DNA of 38,570 nucleotides from Oscillospiraceae bacterium (GTDB taxonomy: Bacteria > Bacillota > Clostridia > Oscillospirales > Ruminococcaceae), in contig JAGAJQ010000054.1 in NCBI GenBank assembly GCA_017828955.1, forward strand, positions 1-38,570. The letters run 5' to 3'. Position 1 is the first letter of the stretch; each line of letters begins with the position of its first letter. Shown one piece after another: positions 9,537 to 18,184 of this stretch. Made by a program: the position numbers and the translations under genes. The notes beneath the pieces are model-generated. The model had not been told where the DNA came from and ran no database searches. It was given only the letters and a program-made list of their open reading frames with translations.

Positions 9537-11534
9537 ATGGGCTCAACCAAAAAGCTAGGTCTTACAAAGGCGATTATGATCTCCGTTGTGATAACAACAA
9601 CGGTAGCGCTTTTAATGCTCACGATAACAGGTTTCTTTACCTCATATTCAAAGGTTAAAGAGGGCATTTTTTCTACAACCGAACAGTCGCTTAACGTCTA
9701 TTCCGAAGAGGTAAACCAGTGGCTTACAAGACAGGCTGAATTCACAGCCGCGCAGGCAAATGCCGCAGGAAAACTCGGTGAAATCTCGGGCGGCCATCAG
9801 AATAACGACGCCTTTCTCGACAGCGTTATGCCCTTAAACGACGCGCTTCTCGATTGCTATACCGCTTACGAAGATGTAAGTCTTTATATGGCGGTAACAG
9901 ATACAACAACCCTCCCCGAAGGGTTTGACGCAACAACAAGAGGCTGGTATCAGGACGCCAAGAAGTCAAAAACAACAATCTTTACAGCGCCCTATATCGA
10001 CACAGCAACGGGCAGAATGATTATAACAGTTGCTTCTCCTCTTTATGAAAACGGAAAATTCGCAGGGGTTTTCGCTTGCGATATAACTCTCGACAGCGTT
10101 ATGCAGATTGTCGGCGAAATGAAGATAACAGAAAACGGCTACCCCGTTCTTATCGATAATGACGGGAACTTTATGATCCATGGAAACGAAGAATATAATC
10201 CTGCCGTTGCGGACGGAAACGCAGTTATAACTTCTTCTGCCGATATAGAAGGCGATTACTCAGCGGTTTTATCATCACTCTCAGAAGAGATCTATCTTGA
10301 TACACATAAGGACTATGACGGAAAGCAGAAATATTTTGCATTCACAAAGCTCCCCGTTTCGAACTGGTCAATGGGATATATTATGCCCGAAAGCGATATA
10401 AACAGCGGTCTTGTAGGGCTGGGCGTTACTTATGTTATCCTGTTTATCGTGTTCTTTGTTGTTGCAAACGCAGTTGTAATGCTCGTTATGAAAGCACAGA
10501 TGAAGCCTCTTAAAGAGATAAACGAAGTTGCTGAAAAAATCGCCGACGGAAACCTTTCCGCAAGATTTGATTATCGTTCCGATGACGAAATCGGCCAGTT
10601 ATGCGGAAACTTTATGGAATGTACAGAAATAACAAGGCACTACATTTCAGAAATCTCAGATAAGCTCGACAGACTTTCTAACGGCGATTTCACAGTAAAA
10701 ATCACAGAAGATTACAAAGGTGATTTCAGACCTATAAAGGAATCTCTTCTGAATATAACTGACTCTATGAGAAGAACTCTTGAACATATCGGAAACGCGT
10801 CTGTTCAGGTCAATATGGGTGCCGCGAGAATGGCTGAGTCTTCAACGGTTCTTGCACAGGGCGTTTCAAACCAGACAAACACAATTAAAAAGCTTACCGA
10901 CGATATGACATCTGTTATAGAACAGGTAAAGGAAACCGAACAGAGAACCTTCGCCGCACGTGAACTTGCAGGAAACGCAAAGAAAAAGATTGAAACAAGC
11001 AGTCTTGAAATGGATAAACTTCTTTCTGCTATGAACGAAATCTCAAATATGTCATCAGAAATCTCAAAGATTATGAAGACTATCGACGATATCGCTTTCC
11101 AGACAAATATCTTAGCGCTCAATGCTTCTGTTGAAGCTGCAAGAGCAGGCGAAGCAGGAAAGGGATTCACAGTTGTTGCCGAAGAAGTAAGAATGCTCGC
11201 AAGTAAATCTGCAGAAGCTGCAAAGCGTACATCAGATCTTCTTTCGCAGACAGAAATTGCTATCAATGAGGGCGTTCATCTTGCGGATTCAACCGCAAAG
11301 GCACTTTCAGATGCCGTTTCGGATACAGTAAGCGTTGATGAAAACATCATAAAGATTGCCGAAACAACAAAGAACGAAAGCGAATTTATGGATAATATCT
11401 TTACAAGCATAAACGCAATTTCGGGAATTGTTGAAACAACTTCCGACTCAGCACAGTCGGGTGCCGCATCAAGCGAAGAACTCAGCAGTCAGGCGACGAT
11501 TCTTTCACACCTTATTTCAGAATTCAAGATTTAA
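9537..11534 (+). CDS. Methyl-accepting chemotaxis protein (Cache-like sensor, HAMP, MCP signalling domain)
   Basis: Two TM helices flank a periplasmic Cache-like domain. The signalling hairpin is highly conserved ([37 protein letters not shown]). Start moved to the ATG at 9537 (MGSTKK) on RBS and promoter position. Confidence 0.9.
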   Translation: MGSTKKLGLTKAIMISVVITTTVALLMLTITGFFTSYSKVKEGIFSTTEQSLNVYSEEVNQWLTRQAEFTAAQANAAGKLGEISGGHQNNDAFLDSVMPLNDALLDCYTAYEDVSLYMAVTDTTTLPEGFDATTRGWYQDAKKSKTTIFTAPYIDTATGRMIITVASPLYENGKFAGVFACDITLDSVMQIVGEMKITENGYPVLIDNDGNFMIHGNEEYNPAVADGNAVITSSADIEGDYSAVLSSLSEEIYLDTHKDYDGKQKYFAFTKLPVSNWSMGYIMPESDINSGLVGLGVTYVILFIVFFVVANAVVMLVMKAQMKPLKEINEVAEKIADGNLSARFDYRSDDEIGQLCGNFMECTEITRHYISEISDKLDRLSNGDFTVKITEDYKGDFRPIKESLLNITDSMRRTLEHIGNASVQVNMGAARMAESSTVLAQGVSNQTNTIKKLTDDMTSVIEQVKETEQRTFAARELAGNAKKKIETSSLEMDKLLSAMNEISNMSSEISKIMKTIDDIAFQTNILALNASVEAARAGEAGKGFTVVAEEVRMLASKSAEAAKRTSDLLSQTEIAINEGVHLADSTAKALSDAVSDTVSVDENIIKIAETTKNESEFMDNIFTSINAISGIVETTSDSAQSGAASSEELSSQATILSHLISEFKI

Positions 11535-11544
11535 TGACAAAAAC

Positions 11545-11581
11545 AAAATACGCTCTCTTTTAAAAAGAGAGCGTATTTTTT
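11545..11581. terminator. Bidirectional rho-independent terminator
   Basis: 16-bp stem AAAATACGCTCTCTTT / AAAGAGAGCGTATTTT with a T-run, between convergent genes. Confidence 0.75.
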
Positions 11582-11608
11582 ATATACCGATTGTAAGATC
11601 GGAAGTTA

Positions 11609-12937
11609 TCAATATTTCAATAAGTCTGAAGCTTCCGAAAATTCATCGGCAAGCCCTTCGTTCTTGATTGACATTCTTTCATACATGACTTCTTTTATAG
11701 AACCGTCAACTTCAATGAGAGTATTAAGAGTGTTGATATCCTCCATAGAAGCCGTTCCGCTGTTGTATTTATCGAGATAAGTGTCTATAACATTATCAAG
11801 AGTAGGTCGGAATGCCTGATTGTAATATACTATCGAACTCCAGTTATCCATATTTTTATCGAAGCCAGTTATTTTTCTGATAGTGTCTATTCCGTCGGCG
11901 ACAGTTTTAAGAGCCTTTGTTCCGGGTGTCATATCAAATACGGCATCCATAACCTTATCTCCTGCCCATTCCTTTGCATCCTTCATAACCATATCTGCTG
12001 TTTCAAAGAACTGGTCTGAATATTTTCTTTTGAGTTCAGATATAACCTGTTCAACGACAACAGGATTTTCAACCTGAGAAAATGCACTTTCAAGAGAGTC
12101 GAGATATTTAAGATTTTCCGAATAGTCATTCAAAAGATATTCGACAAATTCTGCACCTCTTTTTCCGTATTTCATAAACTTTCCGAGGTCATCCAGACCT
12201 ATTCCTGTCAGTTTAGATAATTCTTTCATCTCGCTGTCAGAAAGTTTTCCGCTTAAAAACAATTCGCCTATGTCCATTCCGTGATCTATAATATCTTTTC
12301 CGTCGTAAACGCTGTCAACGAAATCCTTATATCCACCGCTCAATATCTCATGTTGTCTGTGCTCGCATTCTTTCTGGATTGCAGAATGGATAACTTCCTT
12401 GATATGACCCACTTGAATTTCGTTAACCATATCTTTGCCTGTAATTGTATCCCATATTGAAACAACCATATTTTTGGTTTCATCCCAGGCATCATTGACA
12501 GCGGAACCGATAATGCTATGAGCGTTATAGTTTTTCTCTTTCCACATATCATAATTTTTATCATATTCTTTTCTGTTATAGAGATATGCGTCATATTTTG
12601 ATAATGTAGAAAATTCTTTTTCCGTTGCTTGTTCAAACATAGTGTTTATTGATTTTTTAACATTATATTCTGTTTCCGCAGTTTCGCCAATGCAAGCTCC
12701 GAGAATATCTCTGAGTTCAATTAATTCTTCTTTACATTTGACGAATTTATAAAGCTGTTCTAAAACCTCATCGTAGAAATGTCGTAAATTTTTATCCTGC
12801 ATCATATCACTGTGACATTCGAAGTTTGTGATAAGATTGACAGCAGTTGTTTTATGAGTTTCCTCAAGGTTTGATACGGATAAAGATAACTTATCTACCA
12901 TTGTGGACATAACTGTTGTATTCATTTTGTAAAGCAT
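11609..12937 (-). CDS. Hypothetical 442-aa soluble helical protein, last gene of the WXG operon (candidate T7SS substrate)
   Basis: RBS GGGGGA 6 nt upstream. No TM helix or signal peptide. Sits directly after two WXG100-size genes. LXG-like identity could not be established by eye. Confidence 0.6.
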   Translation of the reverse strand: MLYKMNTTVMSTMVDKLSLSVSNLEETHKTTAVNLITNFECHSDMMQDKNLRHFYDEVLEQLYKFVKCKEELIELRDILGACIGETAETEYNVKKSINTMFEQATEKEFSTLSKYDAYLYNRKEYDKNYDMWKEKNYNAHSIIGSAVNDAWDETKNMVVSIWDTITGKDMVNEIQVGHIKEVIHSAIQKECEHRQHEILSGGYKDFVDSVYDGKDIIDHGMDIGELFLSGKLSDSEMKELSKLTGIGLDDLGKFMKYGKRGAEFVEYLLNDYSENLKYLDSLESAFSQVENPVVVEQVISELKRKYSDQFFETADMVMKDAKEWAGDKVMDAVFDMTPGTKALKTVADGIDTIRKITGFDKNMDNWSSIVYYNQAFRPTLDNVIDTYLDKYNSGTASMEDINTLNTLIEVDGSIKEVMYERMSIKNEGLADEFSEASDLLKY

Positions 12938-12964
12938 ATTTTTTCCCCCTTTACATTATGATTG

Positions 12965-12984
12965 AAAAGGTCGGCTGACCTTTT
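12965..12984 (-). terminator. Intra-operon hairpin (possible attenuator after the WXG100 genes)
   Basis: AAAAGGTC / GACCTTTT stem with a 4-nt loop between the 107-aa gene and the 442-aa gene. Weak U-tract on the minus strand. Confidence 0.3.
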
Positions 12985-13010
12985 TCAGATAAACCGACCT
13001 CTATAAAAAA

Positions 13011-13334
13011 TCAGTTGTTGAACATTTTTGTTGTAGGAAGTCTGTCTACAGTACTTGTTGAATTGCTGTCTCCTTCTCTGTATAACTCTGCTGATGTTCT
13101 TAAATCCTGTATATGATTTGAAATATTATCGAGAGAAGCTGTGATTTCTCTTGTAACATTCTGATATTTGTCAACATAGTTTGTTCCTGACCGGCTCTTC
13201 CAGAAATCAGCGAGAGCGGTTACCTTTGATTTCATATCGCTCATAATAGCTTCCATTTCGTTCTTTTCTTTTTCAATCTGCGATGCTTTATTGTTTATTT
13301 CTTCAGTAGAAACTTTAATTACTAAATTACTCAT
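13011..13334 (-). CDS. WXG100-like small helical protein (107 aa)
   Basis: WXG100 size, a central FWKSRSG motif between two predicted helices, and adjacency to the esxA-like gene. C-terminal tail TTKMFNN. Confidence 0.65.
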   Translation of the reverse strand: MSNLVIKVSTEEINNKASQIEKEKNEMEAIMSDMKSKVTALADFWKSRSGTNYVDKYQNVTREITASLDNISNHIQDLRTSAELYREGDSNSTSTVDRLPTTKMFNN

Positions 13335-13368
13335 AATTCTGCGTCCTTTCGTTTATTTTATACTGGCA

Positions 13369-13662
13369 TTATCGGTTTGAATGAGTCTTTGCGTTCTTTA
13401 ATTCAGCTTCTTCATAAATCTGAACAGCTTTTAAAATCGCATCTTTGTATTCAATCATAAAGTTTGCAAGGCTGTTGTATTTGGGTTTGTCAGATGCAAA
13501 TGTTTTGTTGAAAGCTTCGTTTGCATTGCCGTCCCACATAGCGTCGAGCTCTGAGGCATACTGATAAAGTCTGTTTACAGAATTCTGCCAATCGCTGATT
13601 TTAGTATCGATTTCTTTTGCGATCTGTCTCATTTCCATTGGTCTGATTTCAAATTGTGCCAT
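13369..13662 (-). CDS. esxA: WXG100 family protein (EsxA-like, 97 aa)
   Basis: Canonical length and a central W-x-G motif (MWDGNA) in a helix-turn-helix layout. Strong RBS AAGGAG. Confidence 0.85.
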   Translation of the reverse strand: MAQFEIRPMEMRQIAKEIDTKISDWQNSVNRLYQYASELDAMWDGNANEAFNKTFASDKPKYNSLANFMIEYKDAILKAVQIYEEAELKNAKTHSNR

Positions 13663-13683
13663 AAAAACATCTCCTTATATAAT

Positions 13684-14646
13684 TTAATTATTTCCTATTA
13701 TAACCGCACCGTTCATATGCATATATCCATAATGCTGAAGGAATTCTTCAACCTGCATACCATGAACGGGAGCGTTGTCAACTGCTGCCATAGCGGACTC
13801 TAAAGAAAGGTCGTTTGCATAAAGTTTTGTTTCAAACCCTGCGCCCCAGGAATTATCATAGAATGTGATTTCGCCATCTTTATGTATTCCGTCTATAAAC
13901 ATTACGTGCCCATATTCTCCCGAGTCGAAAGAAACAACTATGTTTCGCAGTGGCTCTGTCTGATCCGACGCCATATATTCATTGATCATCTGTCTGAATC
14001 CGTCAACGCCCGTATATCTGTTTTCGGGTGCACCCGCGTAGTTATCAAACCATTGTCCTCCGCTTGTGTTTCCTACTGTTGCGAAGGGATAACCAAGCCC
14101 CTTTTTATGAAGACGGTACATAGTCGAGAATGTGCAGGACACCCAGCCTGATTCATCGTTGAATGGTGCAACAGCAGGATCGCCGCCTGAGGGGTCGTCC
14201 TGATAATAATATCCGCCTGCACCCGAATATCCGGTTGCTCCCGCAAGGCCTTGTGACGAATAATCCTTTGCCTTGTATCTGTCGATAACAGCATTTGAAG
14301 TCGGCGATGAAGCAGATGGTATTTTGGGTAATTTTGAAGCAAATGCTCCGAAAAGTCTTGAAGCTGCTTTATCTGCTTCGGTCATATTTATGATATATTG
14401 GTTTACTCTTTTTGATATTTCCTCAAGAGAATCAGATATATCTTTCAGTTCGCGAACAAGTTGGTTTATTTGTCTGCAATATTCTGCTGATGCCTGTGAT
14501 CTCCAAAACTCCTCTATTCGATGCGAAACTATATTCATACGTTCCGTTTCAGCGTTAATCTCAGCAGCTACTGTTCGTATCTCTTCCGAGAACCGCTGAG
14601 CCTCCATAGTATCAATAATGGCTTCCATTTGTTCTGAAAAATTCAT
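13684..14646 (-). CDS. WXG-like N-terminal domain fused to a CHAP/NlpC-P60-like peptidoglycan hydrolase domain
   Basis: The N-terminal ~100 aa is a helical hairpin with FWRSQASAEY, followed by a Gly/Ser/Tyr linker. The C-terminal domain has a Cys (WVSCTFSTMY), a His (YGHVMFIDG) and Asp-Asn (ITFYDNSW), spaced like a CHAP catalytic triad. Confidence 0.65.
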   Translation of the reverse strand: MNFSEQMEAIIDTMEAQRFSEEIRTVAAEINAETERMNIVSHRIEEFWRSQASAEYCRQINQLVRELKDISDSLEEISKRVNQYIINMTEADKAASRLFGAFASKLPKIPSASSPTSNAVIDRYKAKDYSSQGLAGATGYSGAGGYYYQDDPSGGDPAVAPFNDESGWVSCTFSTMYRLHKKGLGYPFATVGNTSGGQWFDNYAGAPENRYTGVDGFRQMINEYMASDQTEPLRNIVVSFDSGEYGHVMFIDGIHKDGEITFYDNSWGAGFETKLYANDLSLESAMAAVDNAPVHGMQVEEFLQHYGYMHMNGAVIIGNN

Positions 14647-14664
14647 TAAAATGTTCCACCTCCT

Positions 14665-15009
14665 TTAATTGCCAAACATTTTTTTGGTTGAAAAAACACT
14701 TTTCGGGATTATACCTTCTATTCCCTCAAAAATATTTGAATCGGCCGTTTCGTAGTCTATTCTTGACTGGATTATAAACTCTTTTTCTTTGTTCAGGTTA
14801 TTTTCAAGATTTAAAATCTTGTCTGATGTTTTGGCCGATTTTGAGTAATATTCTGCTTTGGCATCTGTGCCCCAATGACTTTCGTAATATTCTTTCAGAT
14901 TGTCATATTCTGATTCTAATTCTCCGATTTTTTCGGAAATTTCACCGAGCTTGTTTGCAACCTCTGTCATTACCTGAGGGTCAGAAATTATGTATTTCAG
15001 CATTTCCAT
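14665..15009 (-). CDS. WXG100-like small helical protein (114 aa)
   Basis: Central HWGTDAKAEY motif and helical heptad character. C-terminal tail TKKMFGN. RBS GAGGTG. Confidence 0.6.
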   Translation of the reverse strand: MEMLKYIISDPQVMTEVANKLGEISEKIGELESEYDNLKEYYESHWGTDAKAEYYSKSAKTSDKILNLENNLNKEKEFIIQSRIDYETADSNIFEGIEGIIPKSVFSTKKMFGN

Positions 15010-15025
15010 TTTCTATCATCACCTC

Positions 15026-15415
15026 TTATCTGGAGCCACCGCCGCCACCGCCGAAGCTTCCTTCTCCGCCGCCGCTGAAACTTATCTGCGATGAATAAGC
15101 AACTCTGTTTCTTACTTTTGCGAGAACTTGTTTCTCGCATTCTTCGTATCTTGATATAGCTTTGTTGAGAATGTCTATTTCACTTTCTATACGACAAATA
15201 ATCGATTCGAATTTACATTTGGTTTGTTCTAATCTGTAAATCTGAAGTTCTCCTGCCATACCCTGCCATACCGAAGAGAGAAGATTTTTCTGATTGACAA
15301 ATTCATCGCGCAGTTCAACAACTTCTTGATGCTTTTTATCTAAGGCTGATTTCATATCTTTGAGTTGTTCAACATCCCAATAGATTTCATCGGAAAATAA
15401 TAAAGGGTTATACAT
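15026..15415 (-). CDS. WXG100-like protein with Gly-rich C-terminal tail
   Basis: WQGMAG motif and a C-terminus GGGEGSFGGGGGGSR. The listed ATG at 15421 sits only 2 nt from the GGAG of the RBS, so the second in-frame ATG at 15415 is preferred. Confidence 0.6.
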   Translation of the reverse strand: MYNPLLFSDEIYWDVEQLKDMKSALDKKHQEVVELRDEFVNQKNLLSSVWQGMAGELQIYRLEQTKCKFESIICRIESEIDILNKAISRYEECEKQVLAKVRNRVAYSSQISFSGGGEGSFGGGGGGSR

Positions 15416-15458
15416 TGTCATCGCTCCTTTCTGTTCGTTTTCTATATTCTACATCAAA

Positions 15459-15487
15459 AAAATATGCTTGTGTTGATTTTCTGACAA
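15459..15487 (-). promoter_or_regulatory. Putative promoter of the WXG operon
   Basis: On the minus strand: TTGTCA, 17-nt spacer, TATTTT, about 35 nt upstream of the start codon. Confidence 0.3.
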
Positions 15488-15520
15488 ACAACCGATTTGA
15501 TGGGATAAAAGGTATCGCGA

Positions 15521-15574
15521 TGCATTTCAGGGCAGAAATCCTGCATTTCGTCAGGTTTTCAACAAATGCATTTT
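15521..15574. promoter_or_regulatory. Three phased direct repeats TGCATTTY (candidate LytTR-type activator site)
   Basis: TGCATTTC at 15521 and 15543, and TGCATTTT at 15567 (22- and 24-bp spacing). They lie in the divergent promoter region. An extended -10, TGATATGAT (15581-15589), follows on the plus strand. Confidence 0.3.
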
Positions 15575-15630
15575 AAAATGTGATATGATTGTGCTGTAAG
15601 ATACCTATTTATGTTAAAGGGGACATTTTT

Positions 15631-16542
15631 ATGCAGAAAAAATCAAAAATAATTATCATTTCGATAGTTTCGGCTATCCTTTTGATCGTCGGAGTTTTTA
15701 CCGCCATAGCGCTTACGGGCGCAGGGAATAATACAGAAAAAGTAACAACGGAAAAACTCTCTCTCGGACAGAAATTTCTTTTAGACCTCGAATATGACAA
15801 GGCTGTTGCGGAATTTCAGGCAGTTATTGATATCGAGCCTAAGAATGTTGACGCTTACATAGGCCTTGCGGATGCCTATATCGGAATGGGCGAAGAAGAA
15901 AAAGCCATTGAAACCCTCGAAAAAGGTCTTTCAGAGACAGGCGATGAAACTATCAGGGCGAAACTCGATGAGATGAAAAAGCCTGAGGAGACAACAGTGG
16001 AGGTTACTACAACACCCGAGGAGACGACAGCCAAAAAATCAGTCTGGCCGAGGAGGGAAGATCATAGCGATGGTTCTTATTCCATACTCGACCCCGATTC
16101 AAATGGAAATTTGATAATAAGTGATTACGAAGCTGACGGAACACTTTATCGTTATTCGATACACGAATACGATTACGATTCAAATGAGGAAAAAGTAAGT
16201 CGCTATAACCCCGATGGAACACTTAATAGTTATTCGATACACGAATACGATTCAAATGGGAATGAGATAAAAATGAGTTTTTACAACGGCGACGGAACAC
16301 TTGATGAGTATTGGATATCCGAATATGATTCAAATGGAAATAGGATAAAAGAAAGTTGGTACAACCCCGACGGAACACTTGATTATTACTCTATACACGA
16401 ATACGATTCAAATGGGAATGAGATAAAATCAAGTGATTACAACCCCGACGGAACACTTTTTTGTTATTCGATATCCGAATACGATTCAAATGGAAACAGG
16501 ATAAAAACAAGTCATTACTACCCCGACGGCACACCGATTTAA
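15631..16542 (+). CDS. Paralogue A: TM anchor + TPR module + Thr/Pro/Glu linker + YD-like repeats
   Basis: Start moved to MQKKSK (RBS AAAGGGGA), shared by all paralogues. TM helix IIIISIVSAILLIVGVFTAIALTG and TPR-like module KLSLGQKFLLDLEYDKAVAEFQAVIDIEPKNVDAYIGLADAYIGMGEEEKAIETLEKG. Five 26-aa repeats of the form EYDSNGNxIKxSxYNPDGTL. Confidence 0.85.
   Translation: MQKKSKIIIISIVSAILLIVGVFTAIALTGAGNNTEKVTTEKLSLGQKFLLDLEYDKAVAEFQAVIDIEPKNVDAYIGLADAYIGMGEEEKAIETLEKGLSETGDETIRAKLDEMKKPEETTVEVTTTPEETTAKKSVWPRREDHSDGSYSILDPDSNGNLIISDYEADGTLYRYSIHEYDYDSNEEKVSRYNPDGTLNSYSIHEYDSNGNEIKMSFYNGDGTLDEYWISEYDSNGNRIKESWYNPDGTLDYYSIHEYDSNGNEIKSSDYNPDGTLFCYSISEYDSNGNRIKTSHYYPDGTPI
16165..16539 (+). repeat. 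Intragenic tandem 78-bp (26-aa) repeats, about 5 units
   Basis: GAATA(C/T)GAT unit starts at 16165, 16243, 16321, 16399 and 16477, an exact 78-nt period. Confidence 0.85.
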
Positions 16543-16549
16543 CCCCAAC

Positions 16550-16580
16550 CCCCACACCATGCAGTGTGGGGATTTTTTTA
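16550..16580 (+). terminator. Rho-independent terminator
   Basis: CCCCACAC / GTGTGGGG stem with a 6-nt loop and a T7 run. Confidence 0.75.
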
Positions 16581-16584
16581 CCTA

Positions 16585-16724
16585 AAACAAACTGCGTAAC
16601 GATCTGCCTGCGCGGGCTCCGTGCCTGCATTTTGTCGGATATGCAGTCCTATCGTTACCGAGTCGCTTTTTAATTCCCACAAACAAACCCCGTAACGATC
16701 TGCCTGCACGGGCTCCGTGCCACC
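16585..16724. repeat. Two ~40-nt intergenic direct repeats, each with a GC-rich hairpin
   Basis: AAACAAACnnCGTAACGATCTGCCTGCrCGGGCTCCGTGCC occurs at about 16586 and 16681. Each copy has an internal GC(A/G)CGG-GCT-CCGTGC hairpin. An ATCGTTAC inverted copy lies between them. Confidence 0.55.
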
Positions 16725-16844
16725 TGTAACCAAATTGTAATAACTTTATGATAAACTGTAATCAATTTGTAATCGCATTGAAGTATAATGTATGGTATAA
16801 TCTGTAAAGGAGAAAAATTTTATTTTTTGGGGGAAGAAGAAAAA

Positions 16845-18173
16845 ATGAAAAAAATTATTATTGCAGTTCTCGCTTTAACACTCACATTCTCTATGACAGG
16901 ATGTTATAAACTGACAGAATTAAACCTTAATGAAAAAACAGAAACAACAACTACTATCATAGAGGGCGCTGATGTTCCTGACGGAGTTGTTATTACAGAG
17001 AATAAAGTCGACCTCGGCGATGGTGAATATCTTATAGAAGAACTCGACGAAAGAGGAAACCTTATCTGTAACAGATATTATTCTTCAGAGGACGTTCTTG
17101 AATATTATTCCACCTATGAATACAACGATATGGACCTTTGCACAAAAGAGATGCATTATGACGCAGAAGGAAACCTTGATATTTATTTTGAAACGGAATA
17201 TAACAACGACGGTTTTATAACAAAGAGAGCGACCTTTGAACCCAACGGAAGCTATCTTTCTTATGACCTATACGAATATGATGAAAATAATAACTGTATA
17301 AAAGAAATGAACTATAATGACGGCACAGAACTTTCATCATATCTGGTTTCGGAATATAATGAAATGAACCTTATTACAAAGACGGAACTTTTCAATCCCG
17401 ATGGAAGCAGTGTCTATACAGATACATATGAATATGACGAAAAAGGACAGCTTATAAAAGAAACTTATTACAACGGAAATAAAGAACTGACAGGCGAATG
17501 TGTATATAAATATGACGATGACGGGAATATTGTAAGCGAAATCCGCACCGATGAAAACGGAGAAAAGTATTTCGGATATTATGAAAGAAACGGAATATAT
17601 CTGGTTGAAACATGGGAGAATGAAGCCGGCGAAATTCTTTATAAATATGATTATGAAGACGGTGTTCTCAAAAGGGAATATTTTTACGAAAAAGGTGTTC
17701 TCACAAGTTATGAAGAACACATAGAAGAAAACGGAAATCACATTCTCATAAGAACATATGTTGATGAAACGGGAAATCCTACACAGTCAGAAACATACAA
17801 CGATTATGGCTATAAAGAAATCGAAGTATACTTTGATGAAATCGGCGAAGTAAAAGACTATTACACATATGAATACAACGGCGACTGGCTCATTGAAAGA
17901 CGCGATTATAAAAATGCAGCAGGCGATACATTATGGTTCGATACCTATGAATACGATGAAAATTTAAGACTTATAAAAGACAGTTGCTATTTCCCCGAAA
18001 GTGAGTTACAATCATATCAGGTTATGGAATACGACGGAAACGGAAACGAGGCAAAGCGTTCTGTATATAATGCCGACGGCACACTTCAGACATACCGCGA
18101 AATGCAGTATGACGATTATGGAAATCTCATTTCTTTCAAGGATTATAACGCCGACGGCACACCCATTTTTTAA
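16845..18173 (+). CDS. Lipoprotein with extended YD-like repeat domain (442 aa)
   Basis: Start moved to MKKIIIAVLALTLTFSMTGC (lipobox) after a GGGGGAAG RBS. Many YEYDxxGxLIKE / YNxDGT repeats. Confidence 0.8.
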   Translation: MKKIIIAVLALTLTFSMTGCYKLTELNLNEKTETTTTIIEGADVPDGVVITENKVDLGDGEYLIEELDERGNLICNRYYSSEDVLEYYSTYEYNDMDLCTKEMHYDAEGNLDIYFETEYNNDGFITKRATFEPNGSYLSYDLYEYDENNNCIKEMNYNDGTELSSYLVSEYNEMNLITKTELFNPDGSSVYTDTYEYDEKGQLIKETYYNGNKELTGECVYKYDDDGNIVSEIRTDENGEKYFGYYERNGIYLVETWENEAGEILYKYDYEDGVLKREYFYEKGVLTSYEEHIEENGNHILIRTYVDETGNPTQSETYNDYGYKEIEVYFDEIGEVKDYYTYEYNGDWLIERRDYKNAAGDTLWFDTYEYDENLRLIKDSCYFPESELQSYQVMEYDGNGNEAKRSVYNADGTLQTYREMQYDDYGNLISFKDYNADGTPIF

Positions 18174-18184
18174 GGAGAAATAAA

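Noticed and set aside
15609-15800. Recurrent short minus-strand ORFs (15609-15800, 20200-20472, 32779-32976) with similar sequences (MSYSRSKRNFCPRESFS...).
   Set aside because: Their similarity only mirrors the conserved TM+TPR module of the paralogues on the opposite strand. They are not an independent gene family.
16165-16539. Regularly spaced 72/78-bp repeats as a possible CRISPR array.
   Set aside because: The repeats are in-frame coding units of YD-like proteins with no unique spacers, and no cas genes are present.
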